From NCBI GenBank assembly GCA_030680175.1, contig JAUXWO010000113.1, positions 10,082-74,081 of the forward strand: a DNA stretch of 64,000 nucleotides. The letters are read 5' to 3'. Shown one piece after another: positions 62,144 through 64,000 of the stretch. Source of the DNA: Vicinamibacterales bacterium. Lineage in GTDB: Bacteria > Acidobacteriota > Vicinamibacteria > Vicinamibacterales > UBA2999. The notes under the pieces are model-generated. The model was not told where the DNA came from. It saw only the letters and a program-made list of their open reading frames with translations, and did no database searches. Each line of letters begins with the position of its first letter. Positions within the stretch are counted from its first letter, which is position 1. Both the position numbers and the translations under genes were made by a program.

Positions 62144-63745
62144 TCAGCCCGGCGGTCGCGCCTCGGCGAGGCGCGCCTTGAGCCCCGGCAGATCCGGATG
62201 ATCGGGATCGAGTTCGGCGGCGCGCGCCAGTTCGGCCGCGGCCTCGTCGAACTCGCGGCGCTGGAGTTGGGCATCGGCGAGCGCGAGCCGCGCCTCCGCG
62301 GTCTCCTCGCTCCAGAGCGAGATCTTGAACGCGTCGACCGCGTCGGCGAACCGTCCGCCGCGGAGGTACACACGGCCCAGCAGCAAGTGTGCCTCCGCCT
62401 CGTACGGCTGCAGGTAGAGCGCGCGACCGAGCTCCTGAATCGCGGCGCGATCGTCCTCGCGATCCACGGCGCGGCGGCCGGCCTCGAGGTGGAACATGGC
62501 GAGGTCCGCCTGATCGCGCTGCGCCGATGCGGTGAGCACGGCGTCCACGCGTGCGGGGCCCACGGCGAGGTGCTCGACCAGGCGCTCGAGGCCGGCGGGG
62601 ACCGCCGTCCCGGCCTTCTCGTACCGCGCCGACAGCCGCCGCGCCAGGTCGACTTCCCGCGCGGCCTCCGCCGTCGCGCCGATCGCCGTGAGGGCCGCCC
62701 CAAGGACGAAGTGGGCGTCATCGTCGGCCGGGTTCACGCGTACGGCTTCCCGCAGCCAGTGCACCGCGGCCGGCGCGTCCCCGGCGCGCCAGTAGGCGTA
62801 CCCGAGGTTGAACCGATAGTCCCCCTCGCTCGGAGCGGCGTCGGCGGCCCGGTTGAAGTAGTACGCCGCGGGCGCCGGCGACGTGGCCCCGCGTCGCAGT
62901 TGGAGGATGCCGAGCGCATTGAGCGCGGCGGGCGCACCGGTGTCGCCGGCGAGCGCCTCGAAGCCCGCGAAGGCCTCGTCGTGCCGGCCGAGATTGAGGC
63001 GCGACAGCGCCGCACGGAAGCGGCCCTCGTCGGCGGCGGGGCCGAAGAGGCCGATGGGCGCCACGGCTTCGAGAGCCTGCGCGTGGCGTTCCTCTCCGGT
63101 GTGCACCTCCCAGAGCGCCAGCCGCGCGGCATCGAACTCGACGCCGCCACGCAGCGCCTGCTCCAGATGCATCACCTGCGCGGCGGGCGTCTCGGCCATC
63201 AGCCCCTTGACGTACTGCTCGAAGGCGGCGGGCGAGGGCGGCAGCGTGCCGCGGGCGAGGGGCGCCTCGCTGCCGCGCGCCGCGATCGCACGAGCCGCCG
63301 CGTCATAGAGCGCAAAGACCTCGGCCAGCGGGCGCTCGACCACGGGCCCCCGGGTGAGTGCGCCGCGGACGAGATCGAAGCGCCGCGCGGAGACGCGCAG
63401 GCGGTCGCCGTCCACCTCGTACGACCCGGCGACGATGCCCGTCGCCGCCACCAGCTGGCCGACCTTGATCGTCGTCGCGTGGCTGAGCGTCGCGGTCGCG
63501 GGCAACTGCAGGCGCGCGAAGGCACGCAGCCGTTCATCACGGCTGACGACCTCTTCGCCGAGGCCGTCGAGGATCGCCGTCAGCAGGACGGCCGATCCCT
63601 CGCTCATCCAGTAGACCTCCGGCGCGCCGCTCGGCGCGTCAAACGGCATCACCAGCCAGCGCGTGCGGTCCTGCGCCGACGCCAGTCCCGGGATCAGCAG
63701 GCCGCACAGGGCCACGACGGTCAGGCCGCGTCCGGCCCGTGTCAT
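62144..63745 (-). CDS. Secreted tetratricopeptide repeat protein
   Basis: Signal peptide, TolB-N-like region, multiple TPRs (YRFNLGYAYW, AHFVLGAAL, AHLLLGRVY); start ATG 63745. Confidence 0.85.
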   Translation of the reverse strand: MTRAGRGLTVVALCGLLIPGLASAQDRTRWLVMPFDAPSGAPEVYWMSEGSAVLLTAILDGLGEEVVSRDERLRAFARLQLPATATLSHATTIKVGQLVAATGIVAGSYEVDGDRLRVSARRFDLVRGALTRGPVVERPLAEVFALYDAAARAIAARGSEAPLARGTLPPSPAAFEQYVKGLMAETPAAQVMHLEQALRGGVEFDAARLALWEVHTGEERHAQALEAVAPIGLFGPAADEGRFRAALSRLNLGRHDEAFAGFEALAGDTGAPAALNALGILQLRRGATSPAPAAYYFNRAADAAPSEGDYRFNLGYAYWRAGDAPAAVHWLREAVRVNPADDDAHFVLGAALTAIGATAEAAREVDLARRLSARYEKAGTAVPAGLERLVEHLAVGPARVDAVLTASAQRDQADLAMFHLEAGRRAVDREDDRAAIQELGRALYLQPYEAEAHLLLGRVYLRGGRFADAVDAFKISLWSEETAEARLALADAQLQRREFDEAAAELARAAELDPDHPDLPGLKARLAEARPPG

Positions 63746-64000
63746 GCGGCTTCCGCGGCGCTGGCCTCTCGACGGGCGCCGCCGATCGTAACGAGCAGCC
63801 GGCAGGACGCGGCCCCCTCGGCACGGCACTCCGCCACGGCGACCGTCGCCGGCACGTCGAAGAGGCGCAGCATGTGCTCGACGCCCGCCGCGTAGAAGCC
63901 GCACATGGGCGCCGTCGACGCCGCGCGCAGCGTACAGAAGATCGAGTCGCTGATGGCCACGGTGCCGCTCTGCCGGCGCAGCCGCACGGTCGTCTTCGAG
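63742..64000 (-). CDS. V4R-domain-like protein (5' end outside the window)
   Basis: SIFC...MCGFYAAG...ECRAEGAASCR, the V4R cysteine pattern. Confidence 0.6.
   Translation of the reverse strand, partial: SKTTVRLRRQSGTVAISDSIFCTLRAASTAPMCGFYAAGVEHMLRLFDVPATVAVAECRAEGAASCRLLVTIGGARREASAAEAA

Noticed and set aside
61423-62721. ORF-track N-terminal extensions (also the mqnP, mqnA, hspR, clpC and crt calls)
   Set aside because: Extensions overlap upstream genes and are low-complexity; homology-like sequence starts at the downstream ATGs used above

Overview
High-GC (~70%, visual estimate) chromosomal window whose gene content and order suggest an Acidobacteriota (probably Vicinamibacteria-like) genome; the taxonomy is inferred. 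It is mostly core genes, largely on the minus strand. In order: deoB-hfq-miaA-tonB; a futalosine menaquinone cluster (menG, mqnP, deaminase, mqnC, mqnA and a cysteine-motif-less MqnE/CofH-like paralog) interleaved with a mycobacterial Sdh1-like succinate dehydrogenase; an envelope cluster (gnnA-like, lpxI, fabZ-lpxA fusion, skp, bamA, clpC, lolCD); lysS-nusB-ribH-crt; a TetR-regulated RND pump whose permease is fused to a TolC-like domain; nucleoside salvage (mtnP, kinase); methylmalonyl-CoA accessory genes (mce fused to a metallo-beta-lactamase-fold domain, meaB); a dnaK-dnaJ-hspR-sigma70-dnaC-hemW run with a HAIR-like operator; PBP1A, frameshifted prfB, lnt, SPOR and TPR genes. No rRNA, tRNA, CRISPR array, transposase or phage gene was recognised. 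The most unusual features are (i) several families of non-coding tandem-repeat/hairpin elements filling intergenic gaps (heptamer arrays, CACGAAGG arrays, GGGGTC palindromes, a CT(N)GTGG...CCAC(N)AG element family, one nested insertion), (ii) the probably inactive radical-SAM paralog in the mqn operon, (iii) three gene fusions, and (iv) two small membrane ORFs absent from the ORF track. All calls come from reading motifs by eye; no database search was run.
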